Below, in pieces: positions 38,249 to 46,498 of a stretch of 64,000 bases of DNA. The translations under genes and the position numbers were made by a program. A model generated the notes under the pieces. That model saw nothing but the letters and a program-made list of their open reading frames with translations. It did no database searches and had not been told where the DNA came from. How positions within the stretch are numbered: position 1 is the first letter of the stretch; every line of letters begins with the position of its first letter. This DNA comes from Candidatus Nanohalarchaeota archaeon (lineage in GTDB: Archaea; Nanohalarchaeota; Nanosalinia; Nanosalinales; Nanosalinaceae). The stretch covers positions 192,001-256,000 of the forward strand of contig JALDAJ010000001.1 of NCBI GenBank assembly GCA_022729235.1, given 5' to 3'.

Positions 38249-39889
38249 TCAAGTTGGACAAATCATTTCTCCAAGTTTTTCAGTCAACCTGTGATTTTCC
38301 TCGGGATCCACGGGAACCTCGATTACATCTACTTCTCCACTGTCCAGCGACTTCTCCAGTATTTCTGTAAGCTGGCAGGGCGATTCAACTCTGTGACCTT
38401 GAGCACCATAGCTCTCCGCCAGCTTCACGAAGTCAGGATTGTCGAACTCTGCGCCGAACTTGTGACCGTATTCATCCACCTGTTTCCATGTTATCGCACC
38501 TAATTCCTGATCATTGAATACCAGAAGCGTCAAATCAAGATTTAGACGTGTGGCTGTTTCAAGCTCTTGGGCGTTCATAACAAAACAGCCATCCCCTATT
38601 GTAGCTACTATATTCCTCTCAGGTTCCGCCAGCTTTGCACCTATAGCTCCAGGAAGCGCTATCCCCATAGTAGCCAGTCCGTTTGAAACAATGAACGTGT
38701 TGGGTTCATAGGTAGGGTATAACCTGCTCATCCAGAGTTTATGGGCTCCCGTATCTGTTATAAGCACGTCATCATCCGCCAGATGTTCTCTAAGATCATG
38801 CACTATTCTCTGGGGCTTCATAGGAAGTGAATCATCATTTGTGTACTTGTTAAACTCGTCTTCTATAAACCTCTTCAGGTCTCTCGAATATTCAGCATCT
38901 TTTCCTTCTATATCCTCCTCTTTCAAAGTCCTCAAGGATTGTCTAATATTCCCTACCATCTGTGCTGAAGGCCTGTAATGTTTGTCGACTTCCGGAATCC
39001 GTGAATCAATATGAATGATTTCCTTATCTCTATCAGGATTCCATTTTTCAGGATAATATTCTATGTAATCCGTACCTACGGCGATAATAAGGTCGGCCTT
39101 TTCTATACCACACATCACATAATCCCGGTTCTGAAGACCGATTGTACCGATAGAAAGGTCTTCTCTAGCCGAAATAGCTCCTTTACCCATGAAAGTAGTC
39201 ACGACAGGAATATTATTCTGTTTTACAAACTGTGTGAGCTCCTCAGACGCGCCGGAACGTATAACGCCGTTACCAGCTATTATATACGGATTTTCAGAAT
39301 CCTCTATTAGTTCAGCTACTTCTCTGACAGTTTCAGCGTCCGGTTTTGTATCGCTGTCAAGTCCGGGTTTCGGCAGCAAAGGTTCGCCAATATCCTTGTT
39401 TTCCAGGACATCCGCGGGAAGCTCTATATGAGTGGCTCCCGGTTTCTCAGACTCAGCAATCTGAAAGGACTTCCTGACTATTTCAGGTATAGCCTCCGGT
39501 TTTTCCACGGACTTATTGAACTGGGTGACTTCACTTAGAATATTTACGACATCAATATACTGGTGTGATTCCTTGTGCGTCTTATCTCTTTCTAGTTGAC
39601 CCGTTAAAGCTACTAGCGCGCCTGCATCCAGGTTTGCGTCAGCGACAGCTGTAATAAGATTCGTGGCTCCCGGTCCAAGAGTTGAAAGACATACCCCTGC
39701 ATCTCCTGTCAGCCTTCCATAAACATCCGCCATGAAAGCCGCTCCTTGCTCATGCCTTGTTAAAACAAGATCGATATCGGAGCGAGAAAGTTCGTCCATT
39801 ATACTCGTGGTCTGTTCACCCGGCAAACCAAAGATGTATTCCACTCCTTCATTTTCTAATGCCTTGATGAGAAGCTCAGAGCCTCTCAT
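38249..39889 (-). CDS. ThDP-dependent acetolactate-synthase-like enzyme (candidate 2-oxoglutarate decarboxylase)
   Basis: FGLPGE, RHEQGAAFMADVYGRLTG, TLGPGATN, SNGLATMG, GDG..N motif; coupled to SSADH, no small subunit. Confidence 0.85.
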   Translation of the reverse strand: MRGSELLIKALENEGVEYIFGLPGEQTTSIMDELSRSDIDLVLTRHEQGAAFMADVYGRLTGDAGVCLSTLGPGATNLITAVADANLDAGALVALTGQLERDKTHKESHQYIDVVNILSEVTQFNKSVEKPEAIPEIVRKSFQIAESEKPGATHIELPADVLENKDIGEPLLPKPGLDSDTKPDAETVREVAELIEDSENPYIIAGNGVIRSGASEELTQFVKQNNIPVVTTFMGKGAISAREDLSIGTIGLQNRDYVMCGIEKADLIIAVGTDYIEYYPEKWNPDRDKEIIHIDSRIPEVDKHYRPSAQMVGNIRQSLRTLKEEDIEGKDAEYSRDLKRFIEDEFNKYTNDDSLPMKPQRIVHDLREHLADDDVLITDTGAHKLWMSRLYPTYEPNTFIVSNGLATMGIALPGAIGAKLAEPERNIVATIGDGCFVMNAQELETATRLNLDLTLLVFNDQELGAITWKQVDEYGHKFGAEFDNPDFVKLAESYGAQGHRVESPCQLTEILEKSLDSGEVDVIEVPVDPEENHRLTEKLGEMICPT

Positions 39890-39936
39890 AATCGAATCTC
39901 TCCTCCCGGAGATTTCTGCCTATCCATACTAATGTG

Positions 39937-39957
39937 TAAAAATGTTGCACATTTTTA
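39937..39957. promoter_or_regulatory. 9-bp inverted repeat TAAAAATGT-TGC-ACATTTTTA, candidate operator
   Basis: Perfect palindrome between the HTH regulator and the decarboxylase/SSADH pair. Confidence 0.55.
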
Positions 39958-39961
39958 AACA

Positions 39962-40270
39962 TTAAAGTCGTTCGATTGCCTCCCTCTTTTCCTCCATCCA
40001 CAAATCCAGTTCTTTACTGGCTTTCTCCCTGAGACTCTCAGAATCCATTGAATAGACATGTTCCCTCCCATTTCTTGAAACCTTAACCAAACCTGCTTTC
40101 TTAAGTCCTGACAGGTATCTCTGAACAGTGCTTCTGTCAAGATTGATACTATCAGATAGCTCTTTAACCGTCATCTCCTCTCCACAAAGCTCCATCAGGA
40201 TATCTACATCCCTACTTTTCAGCTTGAAAACAACACTCAAGAGCTCCTCTAACTCGGGGGAACACTCCAT
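39962..40270 (-). CDS. Winged-HTH transcriptional regulator (TrmB/ArsR-like)
   Basis: MTVKELSDSINLDRSTVQRYLSGLKKAGLV. Confidence 0.85.
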   Translation of the reverse strand: MECSPELEELLSVVFKLKSRDVDILMELCGEEMTVKELSDSINLDRSTVQRYLSGLKKAGLVKVSRNGREHVYSMDSESLREKASKELDLWMEEKREAIERL

Positions 40271-40474
40271 ACATGTAAATAAAGAAACTATACTTTTATT
40301 CTTGAAACGTATCACAGCCAGCCAGAAGCCCGAATCCCTTTAACACGACCTTAATCAGTACCTGATTAATAGCTACTAACACGCGATTTCTGCAGAAGCC
40401 GTAAGAGAAACGAGTGTTCAAGGGACACACACAACATTAATAAACTTTGCGGTAACAACAGTTCTCTTGTAACC

Positions 40475-40681
40475 ATGACAGAATGCGAAATCTGTGGTAG
40501 AACCGAGAAAGAACTCAGCGAAGAGTTCGGACGCGAGATCAAGGTTAGCGAGCATGAAGGCATGAACAAGTGCCAGAAATGCCTCAGCGAGTACCAGAGA
40601 GAGACAGGGGAAGAAAAAGTCGAAGACCTTGATAACGAGCTCGCGGAAAGTAAGGACTGGAAAGACGTCGTAACGGCGTAA
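40475..40681 (+). CDS. Small zinc-finger-like protein
   Basis: CEIC...CQKC, acidic tail. Confidence 0.65.
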   Translation: MTECEICGRTEKELSEEFGREIKVSEHEGMNKCQKCLSEYQRETGEEKVEDLDNELAESKDWKDVVTA

Positions 40682-40712
40682 CATTTCTATTTCTTCCTTC
40701 CAAAACTTAGAC

Positions 40713-41063
40713 ATGCCACAGCCAGAAAACTATCTCAGAACCATCTACGAACTCTCCGAGAAAGGAGAGAGTTCTACAGCCAACTCCGAAGTAGCTGAGG
40801 CTCTAGACGTATCAGACGCAAGCGCCTCGGAAGCCATACAGAAACTGGAGGAGCGAAATCTAGTGTGCAGAGCACCCTACAAAGGCATTACCCTGAGCCC
40901 ACCCGGGAAAAAGCAGGGAGAAAAACTCTCCAGAAAATACAGCGTACTTGTAAAATTCTTCGAATGGTTAGGAGTTGAAAACCCTGAAAAAGAAGCTGTT
41001 GAAATAGAACACGCGATTTCCAGTGATGCCACGGAAAAGATAGAAGAACTCGTCAACAGATAA
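40713..41063 (+). CDS. DtxR/MntR-family metal-dependent regulator
   Basis: ENYLRTIYEL, VAEALDVS.ASASE, PYKGITL, EIEHAIS. Confidence 0.9.
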   Translation: MPQPENYLRTIYELSEKGESSTANSEVAEALDVSDASASEAIQKLEERNLVCRAPYKGITLSPPGKKQGEKLSRKYSVLVKFFEWLGVENPEKEAVEIEHAISSDATEKIEELVNR

Positions 41064-41150
41064 CATGTCAACGATATCAGTCCTCCAGGAACTAGTCCCC
41101 CAAGAATAGACTGTTTTCTTAAGTGTTGCCTTCTTTCAGTAAAATGTACG

Positions 41151-41223
41151 AAACAGCCCCCTGGTGTGAACGCAGATACGAGATCTGCTTGAAGCACACA
41201 GGAAGCAAATAGCCCCCTGGTGT
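41151..41223. repeat. Duplication of tRNA-Gln 5' end at 56-nt offset
   Basis: AGCCCCCTGGTGT at 41155 and 41211 flanking a GCAGAT-ACGAG-ATCTGC hairpin. Confidence 0.8.
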
Positions 41224-41343
41224 AGCGGTCAATCATAGCGGCCTTTGGCACCTCAAGTTCTCGTCAGGGAACGAGGACTTTGAAGAGCTCTGCTCTTCAG
41301 GTGAAGATAGCCGCTGACCCAGGTTCGAATCCTGGGGGGGCTA
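41211..41343 (+). tRNA. tRNA-Gln(TTG) with 60-nt intron (41249-41308) at 37/38
   Basis: AGCCCCC/GGGGGCT acceptor, GCGGC/GCCGC anticodon stem, GTTCGAATC; BHB: CTTT/GAAG helix, bulges GG|C and AT|A, outer ACCT/AGGT. Confidence 0.93.
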
Positions 41344-41346
41344 ACC

Positions 41347-41628
41347 ATGGCATCAGAAGTACGTGCATCCCACATCCTGGTCGACAGCAAGGAAAAAGCA
41401 CAGAACATAAAAGAACAGCTGGACAACGGAAAAAGCTTTGAACAGCTGGCAAAGGAGGCAAGCGAATGTCCCTCATCGGAGAAAGGAGGAGACCTCGGAT
41501 TTTTCGGAAAAGGTGACATGGTCAAGCCGTTCGAGAGGAAGGCGTTCAGCATGGATGTCGGCGACGTTTCCGGACCTGTCAAGACAGAGTTCGGGCATCA
41601 CCTGATCAAGAAGACTGATGAACGCTGA
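41347..41628 (+). CDS. ppiC: Single-domain parvulin peptidyl-prolyl isomerase
   Basis: RASHILV, SECPS..KGGDLGFF.KG.MVKPFE, VKTEFG.HLI. Confidence 0.92.
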   Translation: MASEVRASHILVDSKEKAQNIKEQLDNGKSFEQLAKEASECPSSEKGGDLGFFGKGDMVKPFERKAFSMDVGDVSGPVKTEFGHHLIKKTDER

Positions 41629-41678
41629 ACGCTGTCCACCCTTTATAAAATTTAGAGTGAAGTTGAGTGGTACGGGTT

Positions 41679-42170
41679 ATGTCTGAGACAAAAGAAGTTG
41701 TAAGAATTGCAAGAACAGATATCGACGGCACCAAGCCTGTAGCCAAAGCTATAACCTCACTGCAGGGTGTCGGCGAGACTTACGGTCACGCAGTATCACA
41801 GGTAATAGATGTAGATACAGAGACCAAGATAGGAGACCTTAGCGATGAAGAAATCGATAAAATCGAGGATACTATAAGAAGCCCGGAGGAAGCCGGAATC
41901 CCTGAATGGCTCAGAAACAGAAGAAAAGATAGGGAAGAAGGAGATGACCAGCACCTGATAGGTTCGGATCTTGAACTGAAAGAAGAATTCGATATCAGGC
42001 GCCTGAAAGAAATCGACTCGTACAAGGGCTGGAGACACGAAATCGGACTACCTGTTAGAGGACAGAAGACCAAGTCCTCGTTCAGATCAGGTTCAAAAAT
42101 CGGTGTTTCACGCGCACGCCTAAGAGAAGAAGCTTCCGAAGGCGGCGGAGACGACGAAGGTGAGGAGTAA
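41679..42170 (+). CDS. rps13: 30S ribosomal protein S13
   Basis: RIARTDIDG, WL.NRRKD, SYKGWRH..GLPVRGQKTK. Confidence 0.96.
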   Translation: MSETKEVVRIARTDIDGTKPVAKAITSLQGVGETYGHAVSQVIDVDTETKIGDLSDEEIDKIEDTIRSPEEAGIPEWLRNRRKDREEGDDQHLIGSDLELKEEFDIRRLKEIDSYKGWRHEIGLPVRGQKTKSSFRSGSKIGVSRARLREEASEGGGDDEGEE

Positions 42171-42192
42171 TGCACGGACAAGGTGATTTTGA

Positions 42193-42783
42193 GTGGTAAA
42201 AAAACTGAAGAAGCAGTACGAGACTCCTAACGAAGGATGGAACCAGGAAAGAATTAACAGAGAAATAGAGCTTATGGAGGAATACGGACTGAAGAACAAG
42301 GAAGAAGTCTTCAAAGCCCAGAGCCAGCTAAGAAGCCTGAGACGCGAAGCCCGTAACCTGGTAGCATCGGAAAACGAGAAGGAAAGGAAAGATCTTATTG
42401 AGAAAGCCAACCGGCTAGGGATTGTAAAAAAGGATGCAGAGCTTGAGGATATACTATCCCTAAGTGTTACAGACTTCCTTAACAGGAGACTCCAGACCGC
42501 AGTAAACAGGCGAGGATATACAGACACAGTGCAGGAGGCACGACAGCTTGTTGTTCACGGTCACGTTTACGTCAACGGACAGAGAGTAAACGTCCCGAGC
42601 TACATGCTTACACAGGAGGAAGAAAAAGGTATAGAGGTAATACTGCCTGAACCAGAAGATGAAGAAACAGAGCAGGAAGAAGATGAAGCCGAAGCAGAAA
42701 CAGGTGAAGAAGAGGAAACGGAAGAAAATGAAGAAGCAGAGGAAAAAACTGACGAAGAATCCGAAACGGAGGAAGAAGAATGA
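42193..42783 (+). CDS. rps4: 30S ribosomal protein S4 with acidic tail (GTG start)
   Basis: [27 protein letters not shown]. Confidence 0.96.
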   Translation: MVKKLKKQYETPNEGWNQERINREIELMEEYGLKNKEEVFKAQSQLRSLRREARNLVASENEKERKDLIEKANRLGIVKKDAELEDILSLSVTDFLNRRLQTAVNRRGYTDTVQEARQLVVHGHVYVNGQRVNVPSYMLTQEEEKGIEVILPEPEDEETEQEEDEAEAETGEEEETEENEEAEEKTDEESETEEEE

Positions 42784-43160
42784 CTAAAGGAATAGTTAAC
42801 ATCTACTCAAGCTTCAATAACACGATAATCCACATAACTGATGCTACAGGAGCTGAAACAATTTCCCGTATATCATCAGGCATGGTTACCGACAAAGGTC
42901 GGCTCCAGGGAGAACCGTTCCCTGCTATGAAGGCAGCGAAACAAGCAGTAGAGGAGGCACTGGAGAAAGGCATAGAAGAAGTAGACATCCAGGTAAGAGC
43001 ACCTGGAGGACAGAAACAGAAGATGCCCGGGAAAGGCGCACAGCCAGCTATCCGTGCGATTTCACGAAGCGAAATCGATGTCGGAAACATCGAAGACGTT
43101 ACACCCGAACCACACGACGGCGTAAGAGCCAAAGGCGGTAAGAGAGGTCGAAGAGTATGA
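42780..43160 (+). CDS. rps11: 30S ribosomal protein S11
   Basis: [28 protein letters not shown]. Confidence 0.97.
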   Translation: MTKGIVNIYSSFNNTIIHITDATGAETISRISSGMVTDKGRLQGEPFPAMKAAKQAVEEALEKGIEEVDIQVRAPGGQKQKMPGKGAQPAIRAISRSEIDVGNIEDVTPEPHDGVRAKGGKRGRRV

Positions 43161-43729
43161 ATATCGAAGTTGAAACAGAAGAAGACGGCGTCATGGAACT
43201 AAGACTTGAAAACGGGAACGCCGCAGTAGCGAACACTCTAAGACGCACAATGATGGCTAAAGTACCAACCCTCGCGGTACAGCACCTGGATATCGTGAAG
43301 AACGAGTCAGGTATTTTCGATGAAGTCCTGGCTAACAGGGTCGGACAGGTACCATTTACTATACCCGATAACGTTGAAGAAGGCGATACCGTGAACATCG
43401 CCCTGAAACAGGAAGGACCCGGAACAGTACTCGCTGAAGATCTCAAAACAGACAACGACGAGGCAGAACCTGTCAACCCAGAAGCTGTATTAGTCAGCCT
43501 GAAAGAAGATCAGGCACTGGAATTCGAGGCAGAAGCACAGCTAGGACGCGGTAAGGACCACACCAAACACCAGGGAGGAACAATCGGCTACGAGAAAGTC
43601 GATGAAGGAGAATTCCTCTTCAGGATAGAATCAACTTCCGGCTACAGCAACGAAGAACTCGTGGAAGCTGCGATTCAAGAAGTCAAGCAGGAACTTGATG
43701 AGTTCGAAGAAGCAGTTGAAGAGCTGTAG
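43157..43729 (+). CDS. rpoD: RNA polymerase subunit Rpo3 (D), short form
   Basis: [37 protein letters not shown]. Confidence 0.93.
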   Translation: MNIEVETEEDGVMELRLENGNAAVANTLRRTMMAKVPTLAVQHLDIVKNESGIFDEVLANRVGQVPFTIPDNVEEGDTVNIALKQEGPGTVLAEDLKTDNDEAEPVNPEAVLVSLKEDQALEFEAEAQLGRGKDHTKHQGGTIGYEKVDEGEFLFRIESTSGYSNEELVEAAIQEVKQELDEFEEAVEEL

Positions 43730-43814
43730 AATTTTTCTCTCATTCTGGATAACCTACCTCCCCCACTTTAAACTCTTCTACATTAATTCTCCTCTAGAGC
43801 CAGCTGTATCCAAC

Positions 43815-43965
43815 GCCGGGGTGGCCGAGTGGCTAAAGGCGCGGGACTTAAGTTCCTCAAGTTCTCCGACAGGGAGAACGAGGACCTAGAAGCGAACGCA
43901 CGTGAGCTTCGTGAGGATATCCCGTCCCCGCAGGGGGTGCGCGAGTTCAAATCTCGCCCCCGGCA
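43815..43965 (+). tRNA. tRNA-Leu(TAA) with 66-nt intron (43853-43918) at 37/38
   Basis: GCCGGGG/CCCCGGC acceptor, CGGGA/TCCCG anticodon stem, long variable arm, GTTCAAATC; relaxed BHB. Confidence 0.9.
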
Positions 43966-44043
43966 AATAATTTTTTCTGGCGAGATTTAATAAGCGGCAG
44001 AAAATCTCCGATTTTCAACCGAGTTCAAATCCCTGCCCCGGCA
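43943..44043. repeat. Duplication of tRNA-Leu 3' end (78-nt offset) with inverted copy and GCAG hairpin
   Basis: GAGTTCAAATC...CCCCGGCA at 43943 and 44021; AAATCTCGCC/GGCGAGATTT; GCAGAAAATC-TCC-GATTTTC. Confidence 0.8.
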
Positions 44044-44085
44044 TTTTCAGTGCTTACAAGCTGTAAGAACAGACCTTCCGAAAAG

Positions 44086-44101
44086 TTTAGGCAAGCCTAA
44101 A
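44086..44101. promoter_or_regulatory. DtxR/MntR-like operator TTTAGGC-AA-GCCTAAA
   Basis: Perfect palindrome resembling the DtxR-family TTAGG..GCCTAA box; similar sequence overlaps the start of the DtxR-family gene at 40696-40720. Confidence 0.5.
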
Positions 44102-44121
44102 AAAGGTTGTACTCTAGTGCA

Positions 44122-44376
44122 ATGTTTGTTATGTCCTATAGTAAAGATTTCTCCCATCTTGAAGACACAGTGAAAACCTGCCTAGGAGACGGTTATGGAG
44201 TCAGTATAGGCACCAATAATGATAATTTTGAGGTCTACGTGACACCAGCAGACGGGCTAAGCAGCGAAGAGTTGGAAAAAATTGAAGAAGACGTACGTCG
44301 AGCTATCAATCCAGGAGCATACTGCGACAGTCACAGACTTGAGGAGTTCTATAGAGTGAGAATCCGCGCCCCATAG
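44122..44376 (+). CDS. Small hypothetical protein (paralog-like to 21704..22012)
   Basis: LGDGYGVSIGTNNDNFEVYV motif. Confidence 0.6.
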   Translation: MFVMSYSKDFSHLEDTVKTCLGDGYGVSIGTNNDNFEVYVTPADGLSSEELEKIEEDVRRAINPGAYCDSHRLEEFYRVRIRAP

Positions 44377-44446
44377 CTCTCAAACCATGACACCAGCGCA
44401 ACCGATTTATAAAGTTTTATCTCAACTGAATGACTACAGCCATCAG

Positions 44447-44510
44447 TGGTCTCGGTCGAACCTCTGGTTCGAGCCGTTGAGAAGATCTCTGATCTTCGAA
44501 CCGCGAGGTG
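44447..44510. repeat. Double-hairpin element in rpl18e leader
   Basis: TCGAACC-TCT-GGTTCGA and GAAGATC-TCT-GATCTTC followed by GAGGTGA SD. Confidence 0.7.
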
Positions 44511-44518
44511 AATACATC

Positions 44519-44869
44519 ATGGATAAAAACGCAGACCCAACCAACCCAGTACTTATCGAAACTCTAGATGTTCTTGAGGAGCAGGAAGCTCCTATATGGA
44601 ACTCAGTTAGAGAAAACCTTGGAAAAGTTAACCGTCAACGACCTGAAGTCAATATATCGGATATCGAAAGGATCGCAGAGGACGGAGAAACAGTTGTTGT
44701 ACCTGGTAAAGTACTTGGAGCCGGAAGACTGACAAAGAACGTTACAGTCTCCGCATTCGACGTTTCAAAAGGTGCAAGACAGAAAATCGAAGAAGACGGC
44801 GAGTTCATGTTTATCCAGGATTTAGTTGAGGAAAATCCCGAAGGAGAAGGGGTGAGAATAGTAAAATGA
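44519..44869 (+). CDS. rpl18e: 50S ribosomal protein L18e
   Basis: TNP.L, EVNIS.I, VVVPGKVLGAG. Confidence 0.95.
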   Translation: MDKNADPTNPVLIETLDVLEEQEAPIWNSVRENLGKVNRQRPEVNISDIERIAEDGETVVVPGKVLGAGRLTKNVTVSAFDVSKGARQKIEEDGEFMFIQDLVEENPEGEGVRIVK

Positions 44870-45303
44870 CTGATACAGAAAATGTGGTAGTGATCAACGC
44901 TGAAGGCAAAGTAATCGGAAGACTGGCGTCAGAAATCGCGAGAAAAGTTAGAGACGGAGAAGAAGTAAGAGTTGTGAACTCTGAAAAAGTAGTTATCTCA
45001 GGCGATGAAGAAGAGATAAAAGCTGATTACAGACAGAGACACGAGAGAGGCGCAAGACACGACGGTCCTTACTTCCCAAAGAGACCTGACAAGATACTGA
45101 AGAGAACAGTCAGAGGCATGCTACCGTACAAGAACCAAGAGGGTCGAGAGGCATTCAAAAGAGTCAAGACCTACCTGGGTGTCCCTGAAGAGTTCGAAGA
45201 CTACGAAGAAGTTGAAGAGGTCAAGGAAGGAGACGAGCTGAAGAACCGGAACTATGTAAAACTTGGCGAAGTATCCAAGCACATCGGGTGGACTCCTAGA
45301 TGA
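44866..45303 (+). CDS. rpl13: 50S ribosomal protein L13
   Basis: IGRLAS, GPYFPKRPD.I.KRTVRGMLPYK. Confidence 0.96.
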   Translation: MTDTENVVVINAEGKVIGRLASEIARKVRDGEEVRVVNSEKVVISGDEEEIKADYRQRHERGARHDGPYFPKRPDKILKRTVRGMLPYKNQEGREAFKRVKTYLGVPEEFEDYEEVEEVKEGDELKNRNYVKLGEVSKHIGWTPR

Positions 45304-45707
45304 GCGATGAAGCATTCGGAACCGGGAAAAGAAAGACAGCGAAGGCTAGAGCAAGCATAGAAGAGGGCGAAGGAACACTTAGGATTAACTCCAAGCCCCT
45401 GCACACGCTGCCCAAGATGTCCCAGCAGAGGATTAAAGAACCGCTTACCATCGCTGGCGAAGAAATAATAGAAGAAATCAGCATAGAGGTCAATAGCAAC
45501 GGGGGCGGAGTACAGGGACAGGCAGAAGCCATCAGGATGGCTATCGCCCGCGCACTAGTAGAATACACAGACAGCGACGAACTCGAAAACAAGTTCCGTG
45601 AATACGACAGGAACATGCTGGTCGAGGACCCACGAAGAACTGAGACCAGAAAACCCTCACAGTCGAGCAAAGGAGCCCGACACAAACAACAGAAGTCCTA
45701 CAGGTGA
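45300..45707 (+). CDS. rps9: 30S ribosomal protein S9
   Basis: GKRKTA.A, GGG..GQAEA, YDR..LV.DPRR, QKSYR. Confidence 0.97.
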   Translation: MSDEAFGTGKRKTAKARASIEEGEGTLRINSKPLHTLPKMSQQRIKEPLTIAGEEIIEEISIEVNSNGGGVQGQAEAIRMAIARALVEYTDSDELENKFREYDRNMLVEDPRRTETRKPSQSSKGARHKQQKSYR

Positions 45708-45769
45708 TCAGCAGTGCATTTCACTGAAATGGACTTCGCAAAAACTCACGGAGGTGAGTTTTGAGTGCA
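45702..45769. repeat. Junction hairpin insertion, AGTGCA duplicated at 51-nt offset
   Basis: AGGTGA...GTGCA twice; hairpins CATTTC-ACT-GAAATG and TCGCA-AAAACTCAC-GGAG-GTGAGTTTT-GA. Confidence 0.8.
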
Positions 45770-45962
45770 GATACCAGTTAGATGTCTTTCATGCGGAAAA
45801 GTTATCGCAGACAAGTGGGAAGAATTCCAGGAACGTACAGAAGAAGGTGAGGACGCTGGAGAAGTACTTGACGACCTCGGAGTCGACAAATACTGCTGCA
45901 GAACAATCTTCCTGACCCATGTCGACACAATCGATGAAATCGGGGAACACAAGATTACTTGA
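45765..45962 (+). CDS. rpoN: RNA polymerase subunit Rpo10 (N) (GTG start)
   Basis: IPVRCLSCGKVI, LDDLGV.KYCCR. Confidence 0.96.
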   Translation: MQIPVRCLSCGKVIADKWEEFQERTEEGEDAGEVLDDLGVDKYCCRTIFLTHVDTIDEIGEHKIT

Positions 45963-46344
45963 GTAACTTCCTCAGCGCTGGAAGAATCATCTCCAGATTA
46001 GGAGCCAGCTCTATATCCTCCAGCTTAGAGGAGTCAATCCACTCCATCTCAGAGAATTTTTCCTCTTTTATCTCCGGCTCTCCGCTCTTTATCTTCGAAA
46101 GATATCCGTGCCAGAGAAAAAGTTCTCCATCATGCTGGAACTCTCCGCTGAAAAACGGTTTCTCAAGCGCCACTTCGACACCGAGTTCCTCCCCTGCCTC
46201 CCTCACAGCGGCTTCGGTCGGCGACTCCTCGTCTTCAACCTTGCCACCAGGCACCTCCCACCAACATTCATCTTCCCTGTAAAGAAGGAGGACCTTGCCG
46301 TTCTCGACTATAACATTACCTGCAAGTTCAGTTACGCCGCTCAT
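45955..46344 (-). CDS. Nudix hydrolase
   Basis: Nudix box PGGKVEDEESPTEAAVREAGEELG. Confidence 0.93.
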   Translation of the reverse strand: MSGVTELAGNVIVENGKVLLLYREDECWWEVPGGKVEDEESPTEAAVREAGEELGVEVALEKPFFSGEFQHDGELFLWHGYLSKIKSGEPEIKEEKFSEMEWIDSSKLEDIELAPNLEMILPALRKLLK

Positions 46345-46498
46345 AACTCCTCTGCACCCTCCCGGAGTTCATTTATTTCTCGATTATTTCCCGAAAACAG
46401 GCATCCTACCACCATAAAATCTCCATATCACTGGAAATTTCTTAATCTTCCGGATATATCAGTCAGGTTTTTATTCCAGCCTCCTTCAAACCTTCCTA

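Noticed and set aside
40351-40435. Small RNA from hairpins (TTAATCAG-TAC-CTGATTAA and others)
   Set aside because: Short palindromes in a divergent promoter region; cannot be told apart from operators or decayed repeats
44387-44518. N-terminal extension of L18e suggested by the ORF track
   Set aside because: It spans a TATA box and hairpin repeat; ATG 44519 has a GAGGTGA SD and matches the normal protein start
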